Source of the DNA: Lactobacillus phage Bromius
Sequence record: MH809531.1
DNA length: 24,000 bases
Strand: one strand, 5' to 3'
A model generated the notes under the pieces. That model was not told the DNA's origin and did no database searches. It saw only the letters and a list, made by a program, of their open reading frames with translations. The translations under genes were made by a program, and so were the position numbers. Positions 9,640 through 18,857 of this stretch are shown piece after piece; positions within the stretch are counted from its first letter, which is position 1; each line of letters opens with the position of its first letter.

Positions 9640-10050
9640 TTAGTACCCGTATACATTACTGATAAACAGCTTATTTGACAGATTTACTCGGCTTTCATTA
9701 ATATTCTTTAAGTAGTAGTCCTTGATAGTAGATAATAATGGTTCTAAATTTTCAAGCTTGTCAAAACGAGTTACAGCCGAACCCAGCATACGGTGGTTGT
9801 AAACACTAACCTGTACCTTACCTTTTGACTGATGAACTTTTAGTCCTTCATAATTAGGGTCAACGCTTAGTAAGTCTGACAAGTTAGCACATTGTTTAAT
9901 GCTATCAAGGGACAATCCAGTCGTTTCCATGTATCGTTTACTTTCCTTACCGTTAACAGATTTTGATAATTTACTTAATTTAATCATATTGATATCTCCT
10001 TTTATATTTGATGAGTTCATGTTATCACGTTTTATTATGGCTGTCAACAC
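9640..10050 (-). CDS. hypothetical protein (true start probably MIKLSKLSK near 9988)
   Basis: aaaaggagatatcaatATG before MIKL. Confidence 0.65.
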   Translation of the reverse strand: MLTAIIKRDNMNSSNIKGDINMIKLSKLSKSVNGKESKRYMETTGLSLDSIKQCANLSDLLSVDPNYEGLKVHQSKGKVQVSVYNHRMLGSAVTRFDKLENLEPLLSTIKDYYLKNINESRVNLSNKLFISNVYGY

Positions 10051-10243
10051 TTATTTCTAGAGTTTGCTGGTACAAATTATTAATAAAAATGTCAATCCCA
10101 CCACTAGAGCATTTACTAATACCATAAGCATCAACGTTCCCCATCCTAGGTTAGTGAATAACATCAGTAACACCATCAAAATAATAGCTAAAATTACAAT
10201 AGTTTCCATAGCATGTGCCTCTTTCCTTTTCTATATTAAAAAG

Positions 10244-10272
10244 GATACCATTTCTGGTATCCTATGTCAACA
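10244..10272 (-). promoter_or_regulatory. promoter with palindrome
   Basis: TTGACA-TAGGATACCAGAAATGG-TATCCT. Confidence 0.7.
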
Positions 10273-10274
10273 TA

Positions 10275-10589
10275 TTATCTAAATGTTTTTAAAAGTATTT
10301 TATCAATCATCTGTGGAGAAGGTTTATCATCTAGTATTCTGACAATTACATATGGTAGCTGTCTACGCTTTTCAATGTTTGGAATATTAAGGTTAGCTCT
10401 AAAGGGGTCTAAGCATAAATCATAATAAGTTTCTGTACAATAGAACACCTTCTCTAATTCATCTTTATCATCACTATAGTTAGTTGGTAAATCATTTACA
10501 TAGGTATCAAATGGTTCAATCTTGCCAAAATAAGCTCTTAATGCTGGCAATGCCACATCGCCAGTAGTTAATACTAGAATAGGTTTCAT
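10275..10589 (-). CDS. hypothetical protein, 104 aa (start reset to MKPILVL)
   Basis: RBS aaaggaggccaagtg before this ATG. Confidence 0.7.
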   Translation of the reverse strand: MKPILVLTTGDVALPALRAYFGKIEPFDTYVNDLPTNYSDDKDELEKVFYCTETYYDLCLDPFRANLNIPNIEKRRQLPYVIVRILDDKPSPQMIDKILLKTFR

Positions 10590-10602
10590 CACTTGGCCTC
10601 CT

Positions 10603-12399
10603 TTACTTAACTTCAAATTTTTGGTCCTTATAATATTTAACACGTTGTTTAGCCTGATTAAATAAATATTCAGCGTTCCTATCAATGATATCAAATATAT
10701 ATACTTCATGTTTATCTGCTGATATACGGAGTAAACGACCAATTCTTTGAAGAGTCTGAACAAATGATTTTCCGGCACTAGCATAAATCATATAACGAAT
10801 ATTTGGAATGTCGATACCTTCGTCCATTACTTTAGTACCAATAAGAACTTTTAATTCTCCAGAGCGAACCCGGTTTAATATGTCGGTGCGCTCCTCTGTA
10901 GTATTTTTCCCTTGAATGAAAGCATACTCGGTATCAGTTTTTCCTAAATATTCAGCGATGTTCTCTCCGTGTTCAATAGAGTTAACTACAATAAGTACAG
11001 CTCCGTTATCAAGGCTAGACAACTTACTTCCTAGTTCAGCTATCAGCTTATTCCTGTCTTCATTATTAGTTATACCTATTTGGTAAGTCAGCTGGTATTT
11101 AACTAGACTCTCTTGGTTGCTTGGGGTCCCTTTTGGAATGCTGCGATTGACTTGTTTTTCTAAATCGACTGGTTTATTAAAGTCAACTAGCTTGATATGA
11201 GGTCTTGCAGATACCCCTTGCTCAATCATTTGGTGATTATCAATATCATATATAATATCCCCAAGAACGCTTTTAATCTTAGCCATCTCTACCTTTTTAC
11301 CTTTATCTAAGGTACCGGTCAACCCAATTCTCAAACGAGCATTAGGTAAGAATTTAAAGGCTTCCTGATATGAGTCAGATGAAGCGTGTTGGCATTCGTC
11401 AACCATAACAATCTTTACATGTGATAAGTATTCTACTGCCACATTATATTTGTCAAATCCTTTGGCGTTCTTCTTAGAAATTAGTTTATTGTATCGCTTT
11501 TTAAAGTTTTCAAAATATTTGATGACAGCTTTATCAGAATCCAAAGAAACTGCAAGTGAAGCTAGCTCTTGTTTGTCATCTATTTCATACTTATACTTAG
11601 GTTTAAAATTCTTAGCATACCCTTTTAACGACTGCCTAGGATTAACCGAATCAAGAATATCTTTAGCATATACAGTTGCCATTCGCTTTAGTAGCTTATC
11701 TTTGGCAGAAGTTAGCTTAACAGCATCCTCAGGGTTCTTAAGGGCTTTGTTAAGCGTCTGAATAGTGGCACAGGTAACTTGCTTAAGGTCACGATTACCG
11801 TCTCCCCATAGACCCACAGGCACTCCTAAATACCCTTCCATATTCTTGTGAACTTGATTCATAATAGAAGTATTAGGTGCAATAAACAAAACATTGTCAG
11901 TGCTATCTAATTCTGGTAAAACTTTAGCAATAGATGTAATAGAAATTAATGTCTTACCGGCGTTAGTTGCAGCTAGTACAATCCCTGTTTGATTAGCATA
12001 AACAGACTTAATTGCTTCTAGCTGATAATCACGAATAGTTACTTTTCTAACCCCTTCACCCTGCATCACAACTTCTTCTGGTAGAGATTTGCTAGGTGCA
12101 ATCTTTATTCCTCTAACATCCTCTAATGAATACTTGATATAGGCATTCTTATTCTGTTCCCGTTGTAATAGCAATAGTAGGTCGCTTACTAGTCCCGTAG
12201 GTACTAAGTTATTATCTAAATCACATAAGTTAACCCGACCATCCCATGTATGATACTTTCTAAAAGAAGCCTTCCTAAACCGGTTAGGGTCTAATGGGTC
12301 TAACTCTTCATGGATTCTATCTTTTATATATTTTATAAATCTATCAGTTTCAGTATCAAAATAAATTTTGGCATAGCTATTACCTATGGTTATTTTCAA
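10603..12399 (-). CDS. DEAD/DEAH superfamily II helicase, UvsW-like
   Basis: TNAGKTLI (Walker A-like), VDECQHA (DECQ box), RIGLTGTL, GTKVMDEGIDIP, QRIGRLLR motifs. Confidence 0.9.
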   Translation of the reverse strand: MKITIGNSYAKIYFDTETDRFIKYIKDRIHEELDPLDPNRFRKASFRKYHTWDGRVNLCDLDNNLVPTGLVSDLLLLLQREQNKNAYIKYSLEDVRGIKIAPSKSLPEEVVMQGEGVRKVTIRDYQLEAIKSVYANQTGIVLAATNAGKTLISITSIAKVLPELDSTDNVLFIAPNTSIMNQVHKNMEGYLGVPVGLWGDGNRDLKQVTCATIQTLNKALKNPEDAVKLTSAKDKLLKRMATVYAKDILDSVNPRQSLKGYAKNFKPKYKYEIDDKQELASLAVSLDSDKAVIKYFENFKKRYNKLISKKNAKGFDKYNVAVEYLSHVKIVMVDECQHASSDSYQEAFKFLPNARLRIGLTGTLDKGKKVEMAKIKSVLGDIIYDIDNHQMIEQGVSARPHIKLVDFNKPVDLEKQVNRSIPKGTPSNQESLVKYQLTYQIGITNNEDRNKLIAELGSKLSSLDNGAVLIVVNSIEHGENIAEYLGKTDTEYAFIQGKNTTEERTDILNRVRSGELKVLIGTKVMDEGIDIPNIRYMIYASAGKSFVQTLQRIGRLLRISADKHEVYIFDIIDRNAEYLFNQAKQRVKYYKDQKFEVK

Positions 12400-12850
12400 C
12401 AGATGCTACCTCCAATTCTAATCCTAAATCATTAATGATAGTTGTAGCTTGGCTATCTGATAAGTATAAAACTTTATCCATTAACTTCTTCTTAAGATTG
12501 ATGCGTTTAGCTACCATTAAATTTAACCCAATATACGTTCGTGCCGAGCTGTACTTGTCTTGCTCAAACTTATAACCCTCAAAAGGCCAATTATTATAAA
12601 TTTCCTGTTTGTTAACACTTTGGCTTACTATTAATGGAACTATTATATTAACTATCAAATCCTCAGGGTCCGAGGAAGCTCCTATGAATTTATCTGATAG
12701 TCCATCTCGATTACAATATAGTAATTTATTAGGAGTATCTGTAAAATAATACTCACCTGCATGGTCTTTATATAAATAAAACAACTTGGCTACACCCCAC
12801 ATTTTAATCAATACTATATTATAACACAGTATTAGCAGGTTTGCAACCAA
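12380..12850 (-). CDS. hypothetical protein (start probably MWGVAKLF)
   Basis: ORF downstream of TTGCAA-N17-TATAAT. Confidence 0.65.
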   Translation of the reverse strand: MVANLLILCYNIVLIKMWGVAKLFYLYKDHAGEYYFTDTPNKLLYCNRDGLSDKFIGASSDPEDLIVNIIVPLIVSQSVNKQEIYNNWPFEGYKFEQDKYSSARTYIGLNLMVAKRINLKKKLMDKVLYLSDSQATTIINDLGLELEVASVENNHR

Positions 12851-12873
12851 ATTGTTTAATTTTAACTAAATTT

Positions 12874-13212
12874 TTATAAAGCTAAGCATACTTTTAAAGT
12901 ATGTTCCATCTTACTTTCTTCCTCTTTGCTAATATGACCAATATATTCAACTAAATCAGCTTTATTAACGGTAACAATAGCTTCAGTTAGCCCTAAACTT
13001 TTTCTAGGTGTTTCCTTAACAATAAAATGTGTTGGCAACGGTACTTTGTGTTGGGTTGTTAGTGGTACTACAATTGTGTTGGGGCTATGCAGATTTCCTA
13101 AATTATTTTGCACAACTACACAAGGCCGTCTCCCAGATTGGATATGGCTCCATGATGGTTGTTCTGGTAAATTAATGTAGTAAATATCCCCACGTTCTAA
13201 ATCGTTATTCAT
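12874..13212 (-). CDS. PemK/MazF-like toxin
   Basis: ERGDIYYINLPEQPSWSHIQSGRRPCVVVQNNLGN...NTIVVPLTT pattern; start reset to MNNDLERG after aaaggaagttatcata. Confidence 0.85.
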   Translation of the reverse strand: MNNDLERGDIYYINLPEQPSWSHIQSGRRPCVVVQNNLGNLHSPNTIVVPLTTQHKVPLPTHFIVKETPRKSLGLTEAIVTVNKADLVEYIGHISKEEESKMEHTLKVCLAL

Positions 13213-13244
13213 TATGATAACTTCCTTTCTTTTTCTATAATAAA

Positions 13245-13273
13245 AGGATACCATTTCTGGTATCCTTTGTCAA
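13245..13273 (-). promoter_or_regulatory. promoter with palindrome upstream of the PemK/MazF-like gene
   Basis: TTGACA-AAGGATACCAGAAATGG-TATCCT. Confidence 0.75.
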
Positions 13274-13276
13274 CAC

Positions 13277-13459
13277 TTAATCGTGAGTTTCTTCATCGTA
13301 ATGTTCGTATTCTTCCATGATATCCATAGTTTCATAAGCATCTTCAAGTTCACTATTTAGATAATCGTTTTCTTCCTCTAGTTCCTCCACTCGGTGTTCC
13401 AAATAGTTGATACGGTCATACATCTCCTGATTACTTGAGAATGGTTCCTTATTATTCAT
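13277..13459 (-). CDS. small acidic coiled-coil protein, 60 aa
   Basis: RINYLEHRVEELEEENDYLNSELEDAYETM heptad-like pattern. Confidence 0.7.
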   Translation of the reverse strand: MNNKEPFSSNQEMYDRINYLEHRVEELEEENDYLNSELEDAYETMDIMEEYEHYDEETHD

Positions 13460-13645
13460 TAGTATTGCCCCCTAAGATATAATTAATTGGTTTTGTTGCG
13501 GTTTCGCTGGTAAGCTTGATTTCCTTAGTCTTAGCCAAATTAAGATAGACAAACTCTTTGCTATTCCATATTAAAAATCTCCTTATCGTTTTATACACAT
13601 AGTATACTATTAGATAAGGAGATTGTCAATAATTTTATTTAATTA

Positions 13646-14410
13646 TTATTTAGCGTTGGCTTTAGAGAACCATTTGCTGTCAAAGAACGCAACCAAGTCA
13701 TTCATAATATATAACATATAAGTGAAGAACAGAACCCAAACAGCTTCTCCTTGCATTGCAGTTACAAGCCACAGAACGACTGAGCTAAGCCCCTGTGCAA
13801 ACCAGAAGTAGTAAGAAGCACGGAAACGGCGAACGGTTAAGATTGCCCCCGTAAGACCGATAGTAGCGGCAAATGCGTCAATAAACGGACGAGGACTCGT
13901 TAAGATAACCGTATCAAGACCATATGTCACGATAAAGAAACCAACGAAAGTTAATGCCGTCTGCAAAGCGAACTTGGAGTTCATCTTACGAGGTTCTAAA
14001 TCTTTACCATTATTCCAAGTCTTATTAAATAGCACCGGCAAGTCCAACAGAAAGATATAGAAGCCTTGCATAACAATATCAGAGAAGTTCCCTGTCTTTA
14101 ATGCCACGTAAATCAGCATAGCCGCAGAAACGAAGCCCAGAACACCGTTGATAGGACGTCCGTTCGTGATACTTAAAGTACAAGTAAAACCAATCAACCC
14201 GGCAACCGTTGAAGTTACTCCCAAACCAGTAATTCCATGACCAAGACCAACGTATAACAGGAACAGCCAACCAATTACCAGCAAGACATAGCTGGACTTT
14301 GTCCAGCCGGTCATCTGGTCTTTGTACCAACGCCAATTAAATACCCGACTAACTGATTCCGGGTTATATCCTAAATCCACCACTGTATTACCTTGTGTTT
14401 CTTGCTGCAA
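13646..14410 (-). CDS. pnuC: nicotinamide riboside/mononucleotide transporter, PnuC-like
   Basis: Multi-pass protein with NGRPINGVLGFVSAAMLIYVALKTGNFSDIVMQGFYIFLLDLPVLFNKTWN and terminal YMLYIMNDLVAFFDSKWF, as in lactobacillar PnuC. Confidence 0.8.
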   Translation of the reverse strand: MQQETQGNTVVDLGYNPESVSRVFNWRWYKDQMTGWTKSSYVLLVIGWLFLLYVGLGHGITGLGVTSTVAGLIGFTCTLSITNGRPINGVLGFVSAAMLIYVALKTGNFSDIVMQGFYIFLLDLPVLFNKTWNNGKDLEPRKMNSKFALQTALTFVGFFIVTYGLDTVILTSPRPFIDAFAATIGLTGAILTVRRFRASYYFWFAQGLSSVVLWLVTAMQGEAVWVLFFTYMLYIMNDLVAFFDSKWFSKANAK

Positions 14411-14491
14411 AATAAAAACTTCCTTCTATATTTATTTAGGTCAATCTATGCTTAGACTGCCTTGTCCGCCTATAATGGCATCTTTCCTATA

Positions 14492-14707
14492 TTAATCTAA
14501 CCTCTTAATCAAATCACTATATGAATAACTACCACGCAATTCTTTGTATGCATCCATGTTAGCCTTAATCCAATTACTAGCATCACCAATAGCTATATCT
14601 GATTGGTGGTCTAATATCTCTAATTGGCTGTTATACGTTTTTAGCCATAGTTCCATATCAATAATCAACTTCAACTGCTTATCTGTCGCTAGTTTCAATA
14701 GGTTCAC
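14492..14707 (-). CDS. hypothetical protein, 71 aa
   Basis: ORF. Confidence 0.65.
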   Translation of the reverse strand: MNLLKLATDKQLKLIIDMELWLKTYNSQLEILDHQSDIAIGDASNWIKANMDAYKELRGSYSYSDLIKRLD

Positions 14708-14713
14708 CCCAAT

Positions 14714-15223
14714 CTATTCTGAATATTGGTTCTCATCATTAGTTCTAATAATAGACTTGATTACTGGTGAATCCATACAATCTTCTAACACATGTACTGC
14801 ATTTTGGTCAACGTAATATAACTCTTTAACTTTGTCAATATCTTTGCTCCAGAACACATTCATCATAGCTAACGATTTTTCTAGTTCTGGATGACCAGTT
14901 CCTAATGCAATTCCATAATCATCAGATAATCCAGTATCAATTAAGTCAACTGCCTGTTCCATCATTGTTTCATACAAATGGTTAAGTACACTTGATGAAC
15001 TAGCCTTGCAAAAGCCAATTAGAGCGAACCCACCAGAATTAGTTTTTCCTAATTTTCGTTTTCCTTCGCTACTTTGGCTCATGACATAATCTTTAATCTG
15101 ATTATACTGAGCAGCAGTGACATACTTATTACGAACTACCATATGTGCCGGAAACTCTGGGTTTAACAACAGTGTCATCTCAACATATGGATAGACGTCT
15201 TTACTACGCTTGATAGGACTCAC
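14714..15223 (-). CDS. hypothetical protein, 169 aa
   Basis: ORF. Confidence 0.75.
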   Translation of the reverse strand: MSPIKRSKDVYPYVEMTLLLNPEFPAHMVVRNKYVTAAQYNQIKDYVMSQSSEGKRKLGKTNSGGFALIGFCKASSSSVLNHLYETMMEQAVDLIDTGLSDDYGIALGTGHPELEKSLAMMNVFWSKDIDKVKELYYVDQNAVHVLEDCMDSPVIKSIIRTNDENQYSE

Positions 15224-15225
15224 CT

Positions 15226-15960
15226 CTAGTCTTCTTTTACATCAACTGTAGCTGTAGTATCAGTAGTATCTTCCGCCGTAGCATCTACTGACTTATCTTC
15301 GAGCTTCTTAACTCTATCTGACAGAGTTGCTAATACCGCTTCTACATCAACCTTAGGCTTTGGTTCTCCTACTGTGTAATAGATATCTAAATACCCTTGT
15401 TGAGGTGTGTCAGGTTCAATCAAGCGTGGGTCAATGAAGGTAGATGGATTACTAGTATCATCTGATAAGTGTACCGTTACATAATCCGTATTGAATCGCT
15501 TAGCTACTGATTCAATAACCTTTTCTACTAATGCATCAGACTTAATAGCATCTTCTCCATAGTTATTGTCATACAAGTTACGTTTTAAGTCTGTTACTAG
15601 CTGTTTATCAAAGATAATACGCAAGTTACCAGTATTGCCATATCGGTGTTCTACTCGATTATCAAAGGCATTTGAGGTTAAGATAGTAGTTACTAAACCC
15701 TTTGCAATATCATCAAGCGGGTTAATATCTACTTGCTTACCTAATTCCTTTTTAGTAAATAATCCTACTCCTAATTCTGTAATCTTTGAGTATCCTTTAT
15801 CAGATATCGTAGCCGTTAACCCTGAATCCGTAATTGTCAGCCCTTTGAAATGGATTAAATTAGCCCCATCAATAATTCCTTCTTTGTCGTCATACATTAT
15901 AATATTACTTCCTTTCCTTAACATGTTAAGGATAACATGTATAGTATTCATTGTCAACAC
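15226..15960 (-). CDS. hypothetical protein, 244 aa
   Basis: ORF; start likely at MLRKGSNIIMYDDK or MYDDKEG. Confidence 0.7.
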   Translation of the reverse strand: MLTMNTIHVILNMLRKGSNIIMYDDKEGIIDGANLIHFKGLTITDSGLTATISDKGYSKITELGVGLFTKKELGKQVDINPLDDIAKGLVTTILTSNAFDNRVEHRYGNTGNLRIIFDKQLVTDLKRNLYDNNYGEDAIKSDALVEKVIESVAKRFNTDYVTVHLSDDTSNPSTFIDPRLIEPDTPQQGYLDIYYTVGEPKPKVDVEAVLATLSDRVKKLEDKSVDATAEDTTDTTATVDVKED

Positions 15961-15976
15961 TTACTTAAAATTAATT

Positions 15977-16534
15977 TTAGGAGTTGTCATGTGTTACTTT
16001 AGCAGCCGCCGCACTAGCAATGGCACCAACTAAATCATCAACAAAAGTATTAATTCTGGTGTCGTCTGTATCCAAGTCTTTGATGACGCCCGTTTTTACT
16101 TTATCTACCATTCCAAAGGAACTCACACCAATTAATCCATATAGTTGACTAATTGATACGCCCAATACTTCATCTACAGCAAAGACACCTAGGTCATTAC
16201 GAATGATAGATAATAGTGGTTCCTTAATCAAGTTATCCTGTGCTAATCGGTCTAATTCTAAGCCAGTCATAGCTAAATTTAGTATATCACGCTTGTGCAT
16301 TACTGTAGTAACTGCTGTTAAACACTCATCTACAGTCAAAGTAGGGATATACTTGTATTCTAATTGGTAGGATATTTCAGCAATGTCATTTAAAGACACA
16401 CCTAGTTCGCTTAGCCTTCCTACTACAAACTTATATGCTTTTGAATCTGGATATTTCATGCCTCTATCCATTATTATCACCAGTTGCTGGCTTATCAAGT
16501 TCTGCATTAAGCATCCAAATTGTCTTTTCAACAT
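15977..16534 (-). CDS. hypothetical protein (start probably MDRGMKYP)
   Basis: ORF; overlaps upstream gene if the long form is used. Confidence 0.65.
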   Translation of the reverse strand: MLKRQFGCLMQNLISQQLVIIMDRGMKYPDSKAYKFVVGRLSELGVSLNDIAEISYQLEYKYIPTLTVDECLTAVTTVMHKRDILNLAMTGLELDRLAQDNLIKEPLLSIIRNDLGVFAVDEVLGVSISQLYGLIGVSSFGMVDKVKTGVIKDLDTDDTRINTFVDDLVGAIASAAAAKVTHDNS

Positions 16535-16943
16535 AACCGAGATATTGTTCTACCTGACTAGTAGTAACCACATCGCCGGCATCGCTTGCTCCGCTATGCA
16601 AGTTATTATAAGTGTCATCCAACGCTTCAAAGATATCTACTAATTGCTTTACTGAATCATTTGTGTCATCATTATATACTGATGGCACATCATTAATAGT
16701 TGTATTCTGAATAACTTGGTTTAAGCTAGTAAGAGGCATTCCCCCAACTTGAATAATCCGTTCGGCAATCCAGTCCGTTTCTTCAAATAATTCTTCCAAC
16801 ATCCCATCAATTAATGGGTGGTCAGTCAAGAAACGAGAACCACGCATTAGCCAATGAATAGCCCAAGCCGTTTCATGTGCCTGTTGAAGGTTGGCTTGGG
16901 TTACTTGTAGCATATTAATATATTCATTACTATAACTTTTCAT
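16464..16943 (-). CDS. hypothetical protein, 159 aa
   Basis: ORF. Confidence 0.7.
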   Translation of the reverse strand: MKSYSNEYINMLQVTQANLQQAHETAWAIHWLMRGSRFLTDHPLIDGMLEELFEETDWIAERIIQVGGMPLTSLNQVIQNTTINDVPSVYNDDTNDSVKQLVDIFEALDDTYNNLHSGASDAGDVVTTSQVEQYLGYVEKTIWMLNAELDKPATGDNNG

Positions 16944-17184
16944 TGATTATTTTCTCCAATCTTTTAACTCTGTTCATTAAATCATTATTCTCTTGCTGTA
17001 ACTTGTCTATTAAATTTAGTTTGTCTACAACTTCTTTTGATAGGACTTTTTCTCCGATAATCCCATCTTCAAAAATGGTACTTTTGTCTATTACAGTTTG
17101 TTCTGGAATATCAGCAGTTCTTGTCGCTGCAATAATCCGTTCTGGAATACCAGCAGTTCTTGATGATATTAGTTTATTGTCCAT
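16930..17184 (-). CDS. hypothetical protein, C-terminal coiled coil
   Basis: VVDKLNLIDKLQQENNDLMNRVKRLEKIINEKL. Confidence 0.7.
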   Translation of the reverse strand: MDNKLISSRTAGIPERIIAATRTADIPEQTVIDKSTIFEDGIIGEKVLSKEVVDKLNLIDKLQQENNDLMNRVKRLEKIINEKL

Positions 17185-17284
17185 AATAACACCCCTTTTT
17201 ATATCTATATGTATATAAATAGCACTTAATATGTGTATGCTATTTATATGACCAAGGTTTAGATGAGAACTGGCTAATAGTTAA

Positions 17285-17809
17285 TTAGTTGTTGTGAATT
17301 TGATTATATGGATTATATCCAGAAAGTAAGTCTGAAATCATTTCCTTCATACCTTCTATATTACTGATAACATAGTCCATATTCATGTTATCCTTAGGTT
17401 TTAAGCTATTAACTCCTACTGATGAGAGCACAGTATATATACTAATTTTAACCATATCTGCATACTTCTTAATCGGCTCCAGTAGCTCTGATTCACCAGC
17501 ATCTAGCTTGTATTCCTTTGAATAGCTAAACATATTGTAAATAATATCCGACAGCCGATTCTTCTCACTGTCAGTAAAAGTAATATCATATTGACTATCA
17601 GATGTTTTCGTGTTATATGCTACTAGTGTTCTTTGCACTAGCCACCCAAAATTATAGTACAGAGCCTTCAAGATGTTACAAGCACTATTTGCTTGGTCGT
17701 CGGACCTAGAGGCAACTTTGATTGCGTCTAGCTGAATATCTCTTTTTCTCGCCATCTTAAATTGAAGACCCTCTAGAACCACTACTTCTTGCTTATTTAA
17801 TTTACTCAT
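17285..17809 (-). CDS. hypothetical protein, 174 aa
   Basis: ORF. Confidence 0.7.
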   Translation of the reverse strand: MSKLNKQEVVVLEGLQFKMARKRDIQLDAIKVASRSDDQANSACNILKALYYNFGWLVQRTLVAYNTKTSDSQYDITFTDSEKNRLSDIIYNMFSYSKEYKLDAGESELLEPIKKYADMVKISIYTVLSSVGVNSLKPKDNMNMDYVISNIEGMKEMISDLLSGYNPYNQIHNN

Positions 17810-17930
17810 ACTTACATTACCTACCTTTTATTTTTATATGCGGTACAACTCCGCTATATGTACCCTCGGCATAAAAGAACATGGGAAGAAAACGCCGAGG
17901 AACGTTTTACTTTATTGTAATTAAGCTACA

Positions 17931-18001
17931 AGCGGATAGTCGGATTTGAACCGGCGACAGCTGCTTGGAGGGCAGTTATGTTACCACTACACCATATCCG
18001 C
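17931..18001 (-). tRNA. tRNA-Gly(TCC)
   Basis: GCGGATA...TATCCGC acceptor, T-arm GCCGG-TTCAAAT-CCGAC, anticodon loop CCTCCAA (position 33 is C). Confidence 0.85.
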
Positions 18002-18154
18002 ATTAAACGTAAGGAAAAGCGTCCAAACCCTTTAAGTTATGTCAAACATAAAATCCTAATAAGGTTTATGTCTCATAATCCGTTATGCCACTTACACTGG
18101 TTAGGTTGGGCGTTTACACTTAGTCTATGGTAACCAACCATAACACGCATATTA

Positions 18155-18225
18155 TGCCTCGTACTAGAATTGAACTAGTGACTTCTGTTTACAAGACAGA
18201 TGTTTTACCACTGAACTAACAAGGC
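18155..18225 (-). tRNA. tRNA-Thr(TGT)
   Basis: GCCTTGT/ACGAGGC acceptor, anticodon arm TCTGT-CTTGTAA-ACAGA. Confidence 0.9.
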
Positions 18226-18266
18226 GTTACACTAGAAATAATCTAGTATACAGTATGTTGGCGCTA

Positions 18267-18382
18267 TGTGCTTGGTAGGGATTTGCACCCTACATGGTAT
18301 CTTGACTTCAGGGTTGCGACCCCTGTCTACGCCATTGAAATACCGCTACGCCCGCTATGTCTACCTATTCCATCACAAGCAC
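18267..18382 (-). tRNA. atypical tRNA-like gene (~116 nt)
   Basis: Perfect GTGCTTG/CAAGCAC ends, D-arm ATGGAATAGGTAGACAT, T-arm-like TAGGG-TGCAAAT-CCCTA, inner hairpin CAGGG-GTCGCAA-CCCTG; too long for a normal tRNA. Confidence 0.45.
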
Positions 18383-18612
18383 ACGTTAGAGTGCTAAATA
18401 TCCTTTGACTGTCGCTGGCCCTGCCGTCTTTTCATCGCTCTCAAACTACTATTGATAGCTTCCTACACTATCTCACTAACTATAATTCGGCTTCGCAGAT
18501 ATATAACTGGTAGTTTATTGACTTGCCTAGGTCAATTACTAATCTTTGGTACACTTATTTATCGACCTGAATTACTCCTCCATCCATTTCAATTTCGCCT
18601 TCTTGATGTTCA

Positions 18613-18642
18613 TTGTAAAACAAGCTTTCTAATGAAGGATAA
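18613..18642 (-). other. candidate guide C1 (TTATCCTTCATTAGAAAGCTTGTTTTACAA)
   Basis: 30 nt directly 3' of the single repeat at 18643..18676; guide length assumed from the arrays. Confidence 0.45.
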
Positions 18643-18781
18643 GTTCCATAGATATGTCATATGGTTAATGCATACCTTTCGGGGGAACTACAGAATTTGT
18701 TATAAAAACTTCTTATAATAGTGACTCCAGTATATTTACCCCGCTTTTTTAATGACTTCCGCAATGGATTTACGTAATGTC
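18643..18781 (-). ncRNA. solo leader + repeat element C (omegaRNA/tracrRNA-like)
   Basis: GACATTACGTAAATCCATTGCGGAAGTCATTAAAAAAGC...TTATAAGAAG...GTAGTTCCCCCGAAAGGTATG...GACATATCTATGGAAC, homologous to the leaders of both arrays. Confidence 0.75.
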
Positions 18782-18783
18782 TA

Positions 18784-18857
18784 TGCTCTCGGTGAGATTC
18801 GAACTCACACTGTGTGGCTTCTAAGACCACTATCTCTGCCAATTGGATTACGAGAGC
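18784..18857 (-). tRNA. tRNA with anticodon TAG (nominal Leu, but short variable loop)
   Basis: GCTCTCG/CGAGAGC acceptor, anticodon arm GTGGT-CTTAGAA-GCCAC, T-arm GTGAG-TTCGAAT-CTCAC. Confidence 0.8.

Noticed and set aside
11450-11761. Plus-strand ORFs inside minus-strand genes (also 4899..5150, 9330..9599, 10064..10282, 14544..14816, 15566..16033, 16383..16643, 16943..17218, 21685..21927, 23320..23508, 23663..23893)
   Set aside because: Shadow ORFs opposite better-supported genes or over a promoter region, no RBS or domain evidence.
14079-14336. Minus-strand 85-aa ORF inside the PnuC-like gene
   Set aside because: Alternative frame entirely within a well-supported CDS.
18267-18382. Group I intron in a tRNA
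   Set aside because: Extra sequence is only tens of nucleotides, far too short for a catalytic core, and no homing endonuclease is nearby.
18657-18842. 61-aa minus-strand ORF MAEIVVLEATQCEFESHREHR...
   Set aside because: Lies across a tRNA and the element C leader; noncoding.
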